Positions 39,009 through 49,035 of a DNA stretch of 64,000 nucleotides are shown piece by piece (the stretch's first letter is position 1; the number at the start of each line of letters is the position of its first letter). The position numbers and the translations under genes are program-made. The notes under the pieces are model-generated. The model had not been told where the DNA came from, did not search any database, and was given only the letters and a program-made list of their open reading frames with translations. The stretch covers positions 773 to 64,772 of the forward strand of contig JBDRJF010000026.1 in assembly GCA_043815185.1 (NCBI GenBank), written 5' to 3'. Origin of the DNA: Candidatus Omnitrophota bacterium (GTDB lineage: Bacteria > Omnitrophota > Gorgyraeia > Duberdicusellales > 4484-171).

Positions 39009-39937
39009 GGAACTATTGTTACGGCCCGGTTCCCTCGAGAAGGTTGGGCTTTTCTCTGGGTGTAGATTTATTTCCCCGAAAGACCTGCTCCTTTAATTGT
39101 CTATATTGTCAGTTAGGCACAAGCAGTAAGAGGACTGCCAGAAGGTCTTCTTTCGTAAATAGGGGTAAGTTTAGAAGAGAATTAAGCGAAATTATCAAAA
39201 AAAAACCTAAAATTGATTATATAACTATTTCTGGTTCAGGAGAGCCGACCTTACATAAAGATTTAGATCAGATAATCGCCACCATAAGAAAAGTTACTAA
39301 GCATAAGTATCCAATCGCAGTAATCACCAACTCATCGCTTCTCTACAGAAGGAAGGTGAGACAAGAGTTAGCCAAGGCGGACTTAATCATCCCTTCTTTA
39401 GATGCTGCTACAGCCAAGACTTTCGCTAAGATTAATTACCCCTGTAAGGGGGTATCATTTAAAAGAATAGTGGCGGGCCTGATTCAATTAAGAAAAGAAT
39501 TTAAGGGTAAAATTTGGCTGGAGATAATGCTTGTAGCCGGAGTAAATGATTGTACCAAAGAGATAAAGAAATTTAAAAGCATAATCGATAAGATTAATCC
39601 CGATAAGCTTCAGCTTAATCTTCCGGTAAGGCCGGGGAGGACAAAGGTATCATCACCGAGTCAAGAAAAAGTGGCTAAGATAGGAAAAATTTTTGCCGGG
39701 AAAAAAGAAGCTGCGGTAAAGTTTTCCTATCGGAAACTAAAAAATAAGATTTGCAGCGATTTAGGCTTAAATATTTTAAATTTTTTAAGGGTAAGGCCGG
39801 GAAGCCTAAAAGATTTAGCAATATCCCAAGCTGTAAGCCCGAAGCAAATATCTAAGCAACTCTCTTTGCTTCTTAAGCAAAAATTAATAAGTGAGCATAG
39901 GGTTGGCAAGATTAAATATTTTATCATCAATGATTAA
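38999..39937 (+). CDS. Radical SAM protein with a C-terminal winged-helix-like tail
   Basis: CSFNCLYCQ cluster motif and a GSGEPTL SAM-binding motif. Confidence 0.75.
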   Translation: MPIRNYCYGPVPSRRLGFSLGVDLFPRKTCSFNCLYCQLGTSSKRTARRSSFVNRGKFRRELSEIIKKKPKIDYITISGSGEPTLHKDLDQIIATIRKVTKHKYPIAVITNSSLLYRRKVRQELAKADLIIPSLDAATAKTFAKINYPCKGVSFKRIVAGLIQLRKEFKGKIWLEIMLVAGVNDCTKEIKKFKSIIDKINPDKLQLNLPVRPGRTKVSSPSQEKVAKIGKIFAGKKEAAVKFSYRKLKNKICSDLGLNILNFLRVRPGSLKDLAISQAVSPKQISKQLSLLLKQKLISEHRVGKIKYFIIND

Positions 39938-40586
39938 AGAGAATACTCAAAATATTTTAAGGAGCTTACCTCCGGGAGTTGAGTTAGTTGCAGCCACCAA
40001 AGAGAGAAGTACTGCTCAGATTAAGGAAGCTATGGCGGGCGGGGTAAGAATAATTGGTGAAAATTACATAAAAGAAGCTCAAGAAAAATTTGCTATTCTG
40101 GGAAGTAGTATTAAATGGCATCTTATCGGTTATCTCCAGAAGAATAAAGCTGTGAAAGCAGTAAAAATGTTTGATATGATTGAAACTCTCGATTCCTTAT
40201 CTTTAGCGGCAATTATTGATAAGGAGTGTAAAAAGATAAATAAGGTTATGCCGGTTCTGATTGAAGTTAATTCTGCAGGCGAATCTCAGAAACAAGGTTT
40301 GCTAATTGAGAATGTTGAACCGTTCGTGCAGAAAATTTTACAACTTACCAATTTAAAGCCTATGGGGCTTATGACTATGGGGCCTTGGCTCGAACAGACT
40401 GAAGAAATACGTCCTTTTTTCAGGAAGACAAAAGATTTATTCATCAGGATTAAAGATAATTATCGGGAAAAATTAGAGTGGATTTACCTTTCTATGGGGA
40501 TGAGCACATCCTACCAAATAGCCATAGAAGAAGGAGCTAATTTGGTAAGGCTGGGCACGGCAATTTTTGGCCCCAGAAAATATTAA
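39930..40586 (+). CDS. yggS: YggS-family pyridoxal-phosphate homeostasis protein
   Basis: VAATKERS...GENYIKE...WHLIGYLQKNK pattern. The ATG at 39930 overlaps the upstream stop. Confidence 0.85.
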   Translation: MIKENTQNILRSLPPGVELVAATKERSTAQIKEAMAGGVRIIGENYIKEAQEKFAILGSSIKWHLIGYLQKNKAVKAVKMFDMIETLDSLSLAAIIDKECKKINKVMPVLIEVNSAGESQKQGLLIENVEPFVQKILQLTNLKPMGLMTMGPWLEQTEEIRPFFRKTKDLFIRIKDNYREKLEWIYLSMGMSTSYQIAIEEGANLVRLGTAIFGPRKY

Positions 40587-40603
40587 GGAGTAATTCAGAA
40601 AAG

Positions 40604-41311
40604 GTGAAGCTTAAAGTTATCTTCGATAAAGAGACCGCTGATGATAAATATTCTATCGGTTGGGGGCTGGCTTATCTAATCGGCGGAAAGACCCTATTTG
40701 ATACCGGAGAGAAGTCAGAGTATACCCTCGATAACTTAAAAGCCTTGGAAATAGATATACAGGGAATAGAAAGAGTAGTTATCTCCCATAACCATTGGAA
40801 CCATTTAGGGGGGCTTTGGGATTTATTAAAAATTAATAATAATCTGGAAATTTTTGCTTGTTCAGATTTCGCGGCTGAGTTTAAGGATAAGCTTACCCCC
40901 TATAATTTTAAATTAGTAGATAGTTTTTATCGAATATGCGACAATATTTATACTAGCGGGCCTTTTAAGATTCGTCACAAGGATAAAGAAATAAGCGAGC
41001 AAGTTTTATTGCTGAAGACCGACAAGGGCATTTCGATTATCTGTGGTTGTTCTCATCCAGGAATCCTTAAATTTATTGATAAAGCAAAGGAGGCTTTTCC
41101 TGAAAATAAGATCTACGCGGTCCTGGGAGGATTTCATCTTATCGATAAAGACAACCGAACAATAAGATATCTTGTGGAGGAGTTCAAAAAATACGGTATC
41201 GGGAATGTTGGCCCTTCGCATTGCACCGGGTTTGAAGCTATAAATATCTTTAGAGAAGCTTATCCTGATAATTTTTGGGACATAAAGGTTGGCAGTGAGA
41301 TTGAATTATAA
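40604..41311 (+). CDS. MBL-fold metallo-hydrolase family protein
   Basis: GTG start. MBL-like fold with motif 2 reading SHNHWNH (Asn where the HxHxDH Asp is expected), plus CGCSHPG and GGFHL. Confidence 0.7.
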   Translation: MKLKVIFDKETADDKYSIGWGLAYLIGGKTLFDTGEKSEYTLDNLKALEIDIQGIERVVISHNHWNHLGGLWDLLKINNNLEIFACSDFAAEFKDKLTPYNFKLVDSFYRICDNIYTSGPFKIRHKDKEISEQVLLLKTDKGISIICGCSHPGILKFIDKAKEAFPENKIYAVLGGFHLIDKDNRTIRYLVEEFKKYGIGNVGPSHCTGFEAINIFREAYPDNFWDIKVGSEIEL

Positions 41312-41350
41312 CCTTTCTTTCCAATAAAATATTACTGCAAGGAGGGAAGA

Positions 41351-41962
41351 ATGCTTAAGGGCATTTATGAAGAATTAAAACACCATGCCCCTTTTACAGC
41401 CTTCGGAGCAATTACCGGAATTGTTATTATAATAATTTTTCGTAATATTTCAGCCAAGGCCGCCTTTAATGCTTTTTACGTTTTTCACCCCTTGCATGTT
41501 TTGTTAAGCGCCTTAGCCACGGCTTCGATGTATGAATTACATAAATGTCCGGCTACAAGAAAAAAGTGTAATCTTTTTGTTTTGCTGGTAATCGGTTGCT
41601 TAGGCTCAATCGGCATAGCCACCTTGAGTGATTCAGTAATTCCTTATATTGGCGAAACTTTACTCGGTATGCCAGAGCGGGATGCTCATATCGGATTTAT
41701 TGAGAAGTGGTGGCTTATAAGTCCTTTAGCAATAATCGGAATCGTTATAGCTTATTTCAGGCCTTCAACTAAATTTTCCCACTATGGCCACGTTTTATTA
41801 AGCACCTGGGCATCACTTTTTCATATCATTATGGCTGGGGCATTAGTTTGGGATTGGTTTTCTTGTCTTACTGTATTTATATTTTTATTTTTGGCAGTAT
41901 GGATTCCTTGTTGTGTAAGTGATATTATATTTCCACTTTTATTTGTGGGGGATAAGAAATGA
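41351..41962 (+). CDS. Hypothetical polytopic membrane protein
   Basis: About 6 TM helices. No motif recognised. Confidence 0.5.
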   Translation: MLKGIYEELKHHAPFTAFGAITGIVIIIIFRNISAKAAFNAFYVFHPLHVLLSALATASMYELHKCPATRKKCNLFVLLVIGCLGSIGIATLSDSVIPYIGETLLGMPERDAHIGFIEKWWLISPLAIIGIVIAYFRPSTKFSHYGHVLLSTWASLFHIIMAGALVWDWFSCLTVFIFLFLAVWIPCCVSDIIFPLLFVGDKK

Positions 41963-42324
41963 TAACCAACTTTATTTATTCCAAATACCTAGTTATCTTT
42001 TTGATAATTTTTATGGTTAGCTGCGTGCAGATGCGAGATTACACCGGCATAAAAGATGGCGCTTTTGGGCTGGATGTAAAGAGCGGTTTTGATACCGGGG
42101 CTAGGGGTAAAGATTACCATTTGATCGGCGAGGATGCAGCTATAATTATTGGTGATACCGAAAGAGAAGTTATTTTTAAAATCGGCCTTCCGGCCAGGAT
42201 TGAAATGGGCTTAGACGGTGATGAATGCTGGCTATACGACGGAAGAAGAATAGAGCTGTTTCTTAGGGACGGGCGCCTGAGGGACTGGAGCTTTTCACGA
42301 TATGAAGGGGATAAGAGCAAGTAA
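41959..42324 (+). CDS. Hypothetical lipoprotein
   Basis: Signal peptide ending MVSC. 4-nt overlap with the upstream gene. Confidence 0.45.
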   Translation: MITNFIYSKYLVIFLIIFMVSCVQMRDYTGIKDGAFGLDVKSGFDTGARGKDYHLIGEDAAIIIGDTEREVIFKIGLPARIEMGLDGDECWLYDGRRIELFLRDGRLRDWSFSRYEGDKSK

Positions 42325-42904
42325 GAGAACTAAAAAATTTTTTCGCCACCAAGCCGGATACGTAGCAAAAAACATTCTCGGCGACTATTTAGTCTTTAAA
42401 AATAAAAAACATACTTTAATCGGAAGGATAGTTGAAACTGAAGCTTATTTTGGCGTAGATGACGATGCTGCTCACAGTTTTGGCGGAAAAATTACTCCGC
42501 GTAATGCGGTTATGTATAAAGACGGAGGCTTAATCTACACTTATTTTATTTATGGAAAATTTTGGTGTTTTAATATCGTGGTTTCCAGAGAAAATGACCC
42601 CCAGGCAGTACTTATCAGAGCGCTTGAGCCGGTTGCTGGCATTGAAATTATGAAAAAAACACGCGGCATATCTGATTTAAGGCGGTTAACCGGCGGTCCC
42701 TGCCGTTGGACCATGAGCTTTTCTATCAACAGGAATCTTTCCGGTGAGAGCATATTGAGTAATGAGACTTTTGTTTCCCGCGGTACCACTAAGAGGGCTA
42801 AGATAGTTCAAACTAAAAGAATAGGCGTTGATTATGCTGTAAACTGTAAGGATTTGCCCTTGCGATTTTACATTAAAGACAATCCTTTTGTTTCTAAAGC
42901 TTAA
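42302..42904 (+). CDS. mpg: DNA-3-methyladenine glycosylase (Mpg/AAG family)
   Basis: GRIVETEAYFG..DDAAHSFGGKITPRN..MY..GG.IYTYFIYG and VLIRALEP patterns. Confidence 0.85.
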   Translation: MKGIRASKRTKKFFRHQAGYVAKNILGDYLVFKNKKHTLIGRIVETEAYFGVDDDAAHSFGGKITPRNAVMYKDGGLIYTYFIYGKFWCFNIVVSRENDPQAVLIRALEPVAGIEIMKKTRGISDLRRLTGGPCRWTMSFSINRNLSGESILSNETFVSRGTTKRAKIVQTKRIGVDYAVNCKDLPLRFYIKDNPFVSKA

Positions 42905-43893
42905 TGATGTTAGAAGAAACCTTTAAAGAGTCATTGAAGAAGTATAGCTTGTTGAAGAAGAAAGACAAGGTAATTCTGGGAGTTTCAGGCGGCCCGGATT
43001 CAATGGGTATGCTTTATCAATTCTGGAAGATTTATAAGGACTATAAGCTAAAATTAGTATGTGCTCATTTTAACCATGGCCTAAGGGATGAAGCAGATAG
43101 GGAAGAGGAGTTTACTCGGGGAATTTGCGCAAAATTAGGAATAAAGTTTATAAGCGAGAAGAAAGATGTGCAGAGTTTTTTTAATGGAGATTCCTTGGAA
43201 CAGACTGCCAGGAATTTGCGTTTGGATTTTTTCTTAAAAGTATCGCGTCAGATTAAAATTAAGAAAATCGCCCTGGCTCACCATAAAGACGATCTCATTG
43301 AAACAGTCCTAATGCGTCTGGTACGTGGTTCAGGCTTAAAGGGTTTAAGGGGGTTTTTACCTAAAACTAAGTTTAAGAGCCTGACTATTATTAGGCCGCT
43401 GATCGAGCTTAGGAAGCAAGAGATCATTAAGTGGTTAGAGGATAAGAAGATACCTTACTGTATAGATAAGAGTAATTTTGAAGATAAGTTTTTTCGCAAT
43501 CGCCTAAGATTAAAATTGCTACCGGTATTGTCTGAGCTAAACCCCAATATAGTAAACAACATATATAATCTCGCCGTTAATATTTCCTGGGATTATGATT
43601 TCATCCGCTCTTTTTCCTATAGTAAATTTCGCACCTTGAAGAAGAAAGAAGCCAGAAATAGTCTTTATTTAGACTTAGGAGGCTTAAAGGAGCTAGCTCC
43701 GGCGATATTTAATAATGTAATTCGTATCGCCATTGAAGAGCTAAAGGGGAATACCCGGAGATTAGAGTCTAGACACTTAAATGAATTACAAGACTTAATC
43801 TTTCATCGTCCCAGCGGAAGCATTGTGGATTTGCCCAATCTTCTGGCAAAAAAGGAAGAAGAAACGCTTTTTATTCAATCCTTGATTTTATAA
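42904..43893 (+). CDS. tilS: tRNA(Ile)-lysidine synthase
   Basis: PP-loop GVSGGPDS. Classic tilS-ftsH neighbourhood. Confidence 0.85.
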   Translation: MMLEETFKESLKKYSLLKKKDKVILGVSGGPDSMGMLYQFWKIYKDYKLKLVCAHFNHGLRDEADREEEFTRGICAKLGIKFISEKKDVQSFFNGDSLEQTARNLRLDFFLKVSRQIKIKKIALAHHKDDLIETVLMRLVRGSGLKGLRGFLPKTKFKSLTIIRPLIELRKQEIIKWLEDKKIPYCIDKSNFEDKFFRNRLRLKLLPVLSELNPNIVNNIYNLAVNISWDYDFIRSFSYSKFRTLKKKEARNSLYLDLGGLKELAPAIFNNVIRIAIEELKGNTRRLESRHLNELQDLIFHRPSGSIVDLPNLLAKKEEETLFIQSLIL

Positions 43894-43917
43894 TCCGATA
43901 CAGTATAATATCTAACG

Positions 43918-45798
43918 ATGGCTAAGAAAAAAACTCCCCCCAATCCGGATCTTTTGAGGAAAGCCTTCTTCCTGGTCCTTATTTTTCTCGGTCTAATTTG
44001 GTTTATGAGTCTTTTTAGCGGTGAAATGGGTGGGCTGGTAAAGAAATTAACCTATAATGAGTTTTACTATTTTCTGGAGCATAATTTAGAAGAGCCTGCT
44101 ATTGAATGGGTTAAGTTAAGTGAAGATTTCATCCAAGGGGGTTTTACCCCTAGTAAAGGGGGAGGCCGTTTTTATCTTTATATTCCTTCCGAAGATAAAG
44201 ACATTATTCAACTTTTGAGGAAGAACATTAGCAAATTCGAAGTAGTGTCGGCTAAGAATGTTTGGTCTAACCTTTTCTATTTTTTTGGCCCGATGCTTCT
44301 CTTCGTTCTCTTCCTCTGGTATTTTTCCCGCCGGGGCAACCAGATGGGTTCAAAGGTCTGGTCTTTTGGGAAGGCAAGAACAGCATCTTTAGATAAAGAA
44401 AATGCGCCCCGGGTTACCTTTAAGGATGTGGCCGGCATAGACGAAGCTAAAGAGGAGTTGCAGGAGGTAATCGAGTTTTTAAGAGACCCTAAGAAATTTC
44501 AGCGTTTAGGGGGAAGGTTTCCCAAAGGGGTTTTACTGGTAGGCCCTCCCGGTTGCGGCAAAACTCTTTTAGCCAAAGCAGTTGCTGGTGAAGCCAAAGT
44601 CCCCTTTTTTAGTATCAGCGGCTCTGATTTTGTGGAGATGTTTGTGGGCGTAGGGGCTTCCCGGGTGAGAGATCTTTTTGGTCAGGCCAAAAAGGCGGCG
44701 CGGATAGAGAATAAAGGATGTATTATTTTTATCGACGAGATAGATGCTGTAGGCCGGCAGCGTTTTGCCGGATTAGGAGGGGGGCATGATGAGCGAGAGC
44801 AGACTTTGAATCAACTTCTTACTGAGATGGATGGTTTTCAGACCGAAGCGGGGATAATCGTTATGGCTGCAACCAACCGGCCCGATGTTTTAGATCCGGC
44901 GCTGCTTAGGCCGGGTAGATTCGATCGCCACATTGTAATCTACTTCCCGGATATTAAAGGAAGGGAAGAGGTTTTAAAAGTTCATACCAAGAAGATAAAA
45001 CTAGCTAAAGATGTGGATTTAAGCGCAGTGGCCAAAAAAACTCCCGGTTTCTCGGGAGCCGATTTGGAGAATCTTTGTAATGAAGCCGCTCTTTTAGCGG
45101 CTCGTCACGATAAGGTAGCTGTAGAACAGTCCGAGCTGGAAGAGTCCGTAGAAAGGGTCATGATGGGGCCGGAGAAAAAAAGTCGGATAATTTCTAAACA
45201 CGAGAAAGAACTGACCGCATTTCACGAGGCTGGCCATGCCTTATTGTCTTTATTAATTCCTGAGGTTGATTCTCTGACTAAGGTTTCAATTATACCCCGG
45301 GGGATGGCTGGTGGATATACATTTACTCCTCCTAAGGAGGATCGTTGGTATAAGTCTAAAAAAGAACTTTTAGGTTTAATAACCGTTGCTTTGGGAGGTA
45401 GAGCATCTGAGGAAATTAATTTAGCTGATATTACTACCGGAGCCATGAATGATTTAATTGAGGTTACCCGTATAGCTAGAAAAATGGTTTGTGATTACGG
45501 GATGAGCGAACGTTTAGGTAACTATGCCTTAGGCCACAGCCACGGTCCGATATTTTTAGGCCGGGATTTCGTTCAGGAGAAAGATTACAGCGAAGAAACT
45601 GCTAATATTGTTGATCAGGAAGTAAAACGTATTGTTGCTGAGTGTTACGAACGGGCTAAGAACCTGATTGAAGACAACAAGAAGAAATTGAAATTATTAG
45701 CTAATGCTTTGCTGGAAAAGGAAGTTTTAGATGTTGAAGAGGTCAAAAACATAGTCGCCTTTAAAGATGAGAATATCCCCCCTAAGAGTAAAAAATGA
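43918..45798 (+). CDS. ftsH: ATP-dependent zinc metalloprotease FtsH
   Basis: Two TM helices, AAA+ GPPGCGKT, the SRH, and zinc motif HEAGHA. Confidence 0.97.
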   Translation: MAKKKTPPNPDLLRKAFFLVLIFLGLIWFMSLFSGEMGGLVKKLTYNEFYYFLEHNLEEPAIEWVKLSEDFIQGGFTPSKGGGRFYLYIPSEDKDIIQLLRKNISKFEVVSAKNVWSNLFYFFGPMLLFVLFLWYFSRRGNQMGSKVWSFGKARTASLDKENAPRVTFKDVAGIDEAKEELQEVIEFLRDPKKFQRLGGRFPKGVLLVGPPGCGKTLLAKAVAGEAKVPFFSISGSDFVEMFVGVGASRVRDLFGQAKKAARIENKGCIIFIDEIDAVGRQRFAGLGGGHDEREQTLNQLLTEMDGFQTEAGIIVMAATNRPDVLDPALLRPGRFDRHIVIYFPDIKGREEVLKVHTKKIKLAKDVDLSAVAKKTPGFSGADLENLCNEAALLAARHDKVAVEQSELEESVERVMMGPEKKSRIISKHEKELTAFHEAGHALLSLLIPEVDSLTKVSIIPRGMAGGYTFTPPKEDRWYKSKKELLGLITVALGGRASEEINLADITTGAMNDLIEVTRIARKMVCDYGMSERLGNYALGHSHGPIFLGRDFVQEKDYSEETANIVDQEVKRIVAECYERAKNLIEDNKKKLKLLANALLEKEVLDVEEVKNIVAFKDENIPPKSKK

Positions 45799-46993
45799 AA
45801 CCGAGTCTCGAAAGTTAATATCTTCCTTAGGGGTAAGCCCCGAAGGTGTAAGAATTTTATCTCCCAAAACTATACAAACAGCTTTTAAAATTGAAGGGAT
45901 CAAATCTTGGGAAGCAAATATAATAAAGCAGCACCTTCTTTCTTTAGGGAGCGATGCAGCGATAGAGCGAAGAGCTTTGGTAAAAGATATAAAGACTTCG
46001 GTTTTAATCTTTGGCAATTTAAGCCAGTTAAGAAAGCTCTCTGAAAAATTAAAAACCCAGCCTTTTAGTTTAAGAGAAATATCCGAAAATATTACAGCTT
46101 TCTTAGATAATTTGAATAAGGAGAGCTTTATTTTTCGGGCTAGAAACAAAGTATTGAAGATCAGTAAACCAATCATCTGCGGGATAATAAATACAACTAC
46201 TGATTCTTTTTCCGGAGACGGACTGTTAAGAAAAGGGTTTACTAAAGCTAAGATTTTAACCTCTATAGCAAGTTTAGCCTTAGGCAAGGCCGAAGCGATG
46301 ATAAAAGCCGGTGCAAAAATAATTGATATCGGCGGAGAGTCAACCCGGCCTTTCTCAAAGCCGCTTAGGCCGCAAGATGAAATAAGGAGAGTTATACCCA
46401 TCTTAAGAGTTCTGCGAAAGGAGTTTAAAAAAACTCCTCTTTCTGTCGATACCTATAAGTATTCAGTAGCAAAAGCAGCAGTGGCTGAGGGAGCTGATAT
46501 AATTAATGATATTACAGCTTTGAGGAGCAGCCCTCGGATAGCAACCCTGATTAAGAAATATAAATTGGGCTGTATATTAATGCATATGCAAGGTAGGCCT
46601 CGGACTATGCAGATAAATCCCGGTTATAAGGATGTGACCGCTGAGATAATGGATTTCTTTAAAGAAAGGCTGGAATTTTGCAGTTCAAAAGGCATCAAAA
46701 AAACACAGATCCTGATTGATCCCGGGATTGGTTTTGGTAAGCGCCCAGAAGACAATAATAAGATTATCAGCGAACTCTATAAATTTAAGGTTTTAGGCCG
46801 GCCGATTTTTTTAGGGTTGTCGCGTAAATCTTTTATTGGTAAGATACTCAAGGCAGAGGTTGGTGAGCGTTTAATCGGGACAATTGCAGCTAGCACAGTA
46901 TCTTTAGTTAATGGCGCTAACATTTTAAGAGTGCATGACGTAAGAGAGACCGCTCAGGCCATAAAGGTGGTCTCAAAAATTACTAATAATTGA
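45767..46993 (+). CDS. folP: Dihydropteroate synthase with an N-terminal ~130-aa extension
   Basis: Pterin-binding domain (GIINTTTDSFSGDG, DIGGESTRP, DPGIGFGK, RVHDV). The start overlaps ftsH by 32 nt and is uncertain. Confidence 0.88.
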   Translation: MRISPLRVKNETESRKLISSLGVSPEGVRILSPKTIQTAFKIEGIKSWEANIIKQHLLSLGSDAAIERRALVKDIKTSVLIFGNLSQLRKLSEKLKTQPFSLREISENITAFLDNLNKESFIFRARNKVLKISKPIICGIINTTTDSFSGDGLLRKGFTKAKILTSIASLALGKAEAMIKAGAKIIDIGGESTRPFSKPLRPQDEIRRVIPILRVLRKEFKKTPLSVDTYKYSVAKAAVAEGADIINDITALRSSPRIATLIKKYKLGCILMHMQGRPRTMQINPGYKDVTAEIMDFFKERLEFCSSKGIKKTQILIDPGIGFGKRPEDNNKIISELYKFKVLGRPIFLGLSRKSFIGKILKAEVGERLIGTIAASTVSLVNGANILRVHDVRETAQAIKVVSKITNN

Positions 46994-47751
46994 TGGAATT
47001 CATGAAGTTTATAATGTGGAAAGCTGTCATTGAGATATTAATTCTTTGGTTTGTTGTCTATAGGATATTTCTTTTCTTAAAGGGCACAAAAGCGGTTTAT
47101 CTGTTAAGAGGGATAATTATTCTGGTAATTTCTCTATTTGCTTTTCAAATGTTAGGTTTACCTGTTCTAACTCGGCTGCTTACTTACCTTTTTGCTTTCT
47201 TTTTAATTTTTGTGGTTATAATTTTCCAGCCGGAGTTAAGGGACGGGCTCATACACTTAGGTAAGCGGCATATTTTTTCTATTGAACCGAAGCGGGAAGA
47301 AATTGAGAAAACTCTAAGGGAAATTGTTTCTGCCGTAGGGGCTCTCTCACGGAGAAAGACCGGTGCTCTTATTGCCGTAAAGCGAGAAATAGGACTTAAA
47401 CGCTATATTGAGAGCGGAGTAGTTTTGAACGCAGAAATTACCTCCGAGTTATTGCAGAATATTTTTTATCCTTCAGCCCCCCTGCATGATGGAGGGGTAA
47501 TAGTTGATGAGACAACAGTATTGGCTGCTTCTTGCCTCTTTCCGCTTAGCGACAATCCTGGTTTAGAGAGAGCTGTAGGGATGCGCCATCGGGCAGCAGT
47601 AGGTCTTTCTGAGAATTCAGATGCACTGGTCATCGTGGTCTCGGAAGAGGATGGGGCGATATCCTTAGCTATAAATGGACAGTTGACACGGAACTTGACA
47701 CCTAATGATTTATTAACTATCCTTAAAGGACAATTAACAAAACCCCACTAA
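46990..47751 (+). CDS. cdaA: Diadenylate cyclase CdaA (DisA_N domain, membrane-anchored)
   Basis: Three N-terminal TM helices. TGALIAV, PLHDGGVIV, RHRAAVGLSE and VVSEEDGAIS motifs. Confidence 0.9.
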   Translation: MMEFMKFIMWKAVIEILILWFVVYRIFLFLKGTKAVYLLRGIIILVISLFAFQMLGLPVLTRLLTYLFAFFLIFVVIIFQPELRDGLIHLGKRHIFSIEPKREEIEKTLREIVSAVGALSRRKTGALIAVKREIGLKRYIESGVVLNAEITSELLQNIFYPSAPLHDGGVIVDETTVLAASCLFPLSDNPGLERAVGMRHRAAVGLSENSDALVIVVSEEDGAISLAINGQLTRNLTPNDLLTILKGQLTKPH

Positions 47752-47824
47752 AGATCATTAAAAGTCGAAAATAGAGAGCGGAAAATTGGCACCAGGCTTT
47801 AGTTTATCGATGGAGGGCAAAAAT

Positions 47825-47962
47825 ATGGAATTTTTAAAGAAAATAAGCCTTAAGCGGGCGATTACTTATAATTTCTGGCTTAAATTCATTGCTTTGATTA
47901 TTGCTATTTTTGTCTGGTTTTATGTGAGCGGCACAATTACTGGCGGCGGCAGGAGCATATGA
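47825..47962 (+). CDS. 45-aa TM peptide resembling the N-terminus of YbbR/CdaR
   Basis: MEFLKKISLKRAITYNFWLKFIALIIAIFVWFYVSG resembles the YbbR-family N-terminal anchor. It ends in ATATGA overlapping the pdxJ start. Not in the ORF track. Confidence 0.4.
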   Translation: MEFLKKISLKRAITYNFWLKFIALIIAIFVWFYVSGTITGGGRSI

Positions 47963-48678
47963 AGTTAGGGGTCAATGTTGACCACGTAGCAACTTTAAGA
48001 GAGGCCCGCGGTACGCTTTACCCGGATCCAGTGGTGGCAGCTTTACTGGCCGAGTATGCCGGGTGTAATTCAATAGTTGTCCATTTAAGGGAGGATCGGC
48101 GGCACATAAAGGAACGGGATGTAATTTTTATTAAGGAGGCCGTAAAGGTGCCTTTGAATTTAGAGATGTCTACCTATAAAGATATTGTTAGTTTTGCTTG
48201 TAAAGTAATTCCCGATCAGGCAACTTTGGTTCCTGAAAAAAGACAGGAACTGACTACTGAAGGGGGGCTTAATCTTATAAAAAATCATAAGAAAGTGGGC
48301 GCGGTTATAAAGAGACTGAAAAAAGCCGGGATAAGAGTAAGCTTGTTCATTGACCCTTTTAAGCGGCAGATTAAAGCGGCGAAAGATTTAGGTGCTGACA
48401 CCATCGAGATTAATACCAGCGCTTTTTCGGAAGCAAAAACTAAAGTAGCTTTAGATCGCGAGATTAAAAAAATAAAAGCGGCAGCAAAGTTTGGAGAAGA
48501 ACAGGGATTTTTTGTTGCTGCCGGGCATGGCCTTGACTATGAAAATTTAAAGCAAATAATAAGGATAAAAGAGATAAAAGAGTTTAATATCGGTCATTCG
48601 ATAATTTGCCGTTCTGTTTTTCTGGGAATTGTTGCGGCAGTAGAGGAGATGCTTTCGCTACTTAAGGGGAAGAGCTAA
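47959..48678 (+). CDS. pdxJ: Pyridoxine 5'-phosphate synthase
   Basis: LGVNVDHVATLREARG, HLREDRRHI and EINT motifs. Confidence 0.93.
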   Translation: MKLGVNVDHVATLREARGTLYPDPVVAALLAEYAGCNSIVVHLREDRRHIKERDVIFIKEAVKVPLNLEMSTYKDIVSFACKVIPDQATLVPEKRQELTTEGGLNLIKNHKKVGAVIKRLKKAGIRVSLFIDPFKRQIKAAKDLGADTIEINTSAFSEAKTKVALDREIKKIKAAAKFGEEQGFFVAAGHGLDYENLKQIIRIKEIKEFNIGHSIICRSVFLGIVAAVEEMLSLLKGKS

Positions 48679-48681
48679 AAG

Positions 48682-49035
48682 ATGGTTGTGGGCGTAGGTA
48701 TAGACATAATACAAATAGCCAAGATTAAAAACTCAATCGAGAAGTGGAAGAGTGGTTTTTTAGACCGGGTATTTAATGCCGAAGAGTTAACCAATATCAC
48801 CAGAGGCAAAATGTATTACCAGCGTCTGGCTGCCCGTTTTGCAGCCAAAGAAGCAGTAATAAAGTCAATTTCTAAGGAACATCCTTTAGCTTTAACCGAC
48901 ATTTTGATTCTTAACCGGGAAAATGGCGCTCCTTACTGTAAATTCAAAAAAAATATTGATATTGATATATTTCTTTCAATAACCCATATCGAAGATTATG
49001 CAGTTGCCTGTGCAGTTGCTCAAAAGAAAGCCTGA
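48682..49035 (+). CDS. acpS: Holo-[acyl-carrier-protein] synthase
   Basis: GVGIDIIQI...RFAAKEAVIK...SITH pattern of 117 aa. Confidence 0.88.
   Translation: MVVGVGIDIIQIAKIKNSIEKWKSGFLDRVFNAEELTNITRGKMYYQRLAARFAAKEAVIKSISKEHPLALTDILILNRENGAPYCKFKKNIDIDIFLSITHIEDYAVACAVAQKKA

Noticed and set aside
45727-46401. 224-aa minus-strand ORF
   Set aside because: It lies entirely antisense to the well-supported ftsH 3' end and folP. Its low-complexity Ile/Leu/Ser/Phe-rich translation is typical of a shadow ORF in AT-rich DNA.
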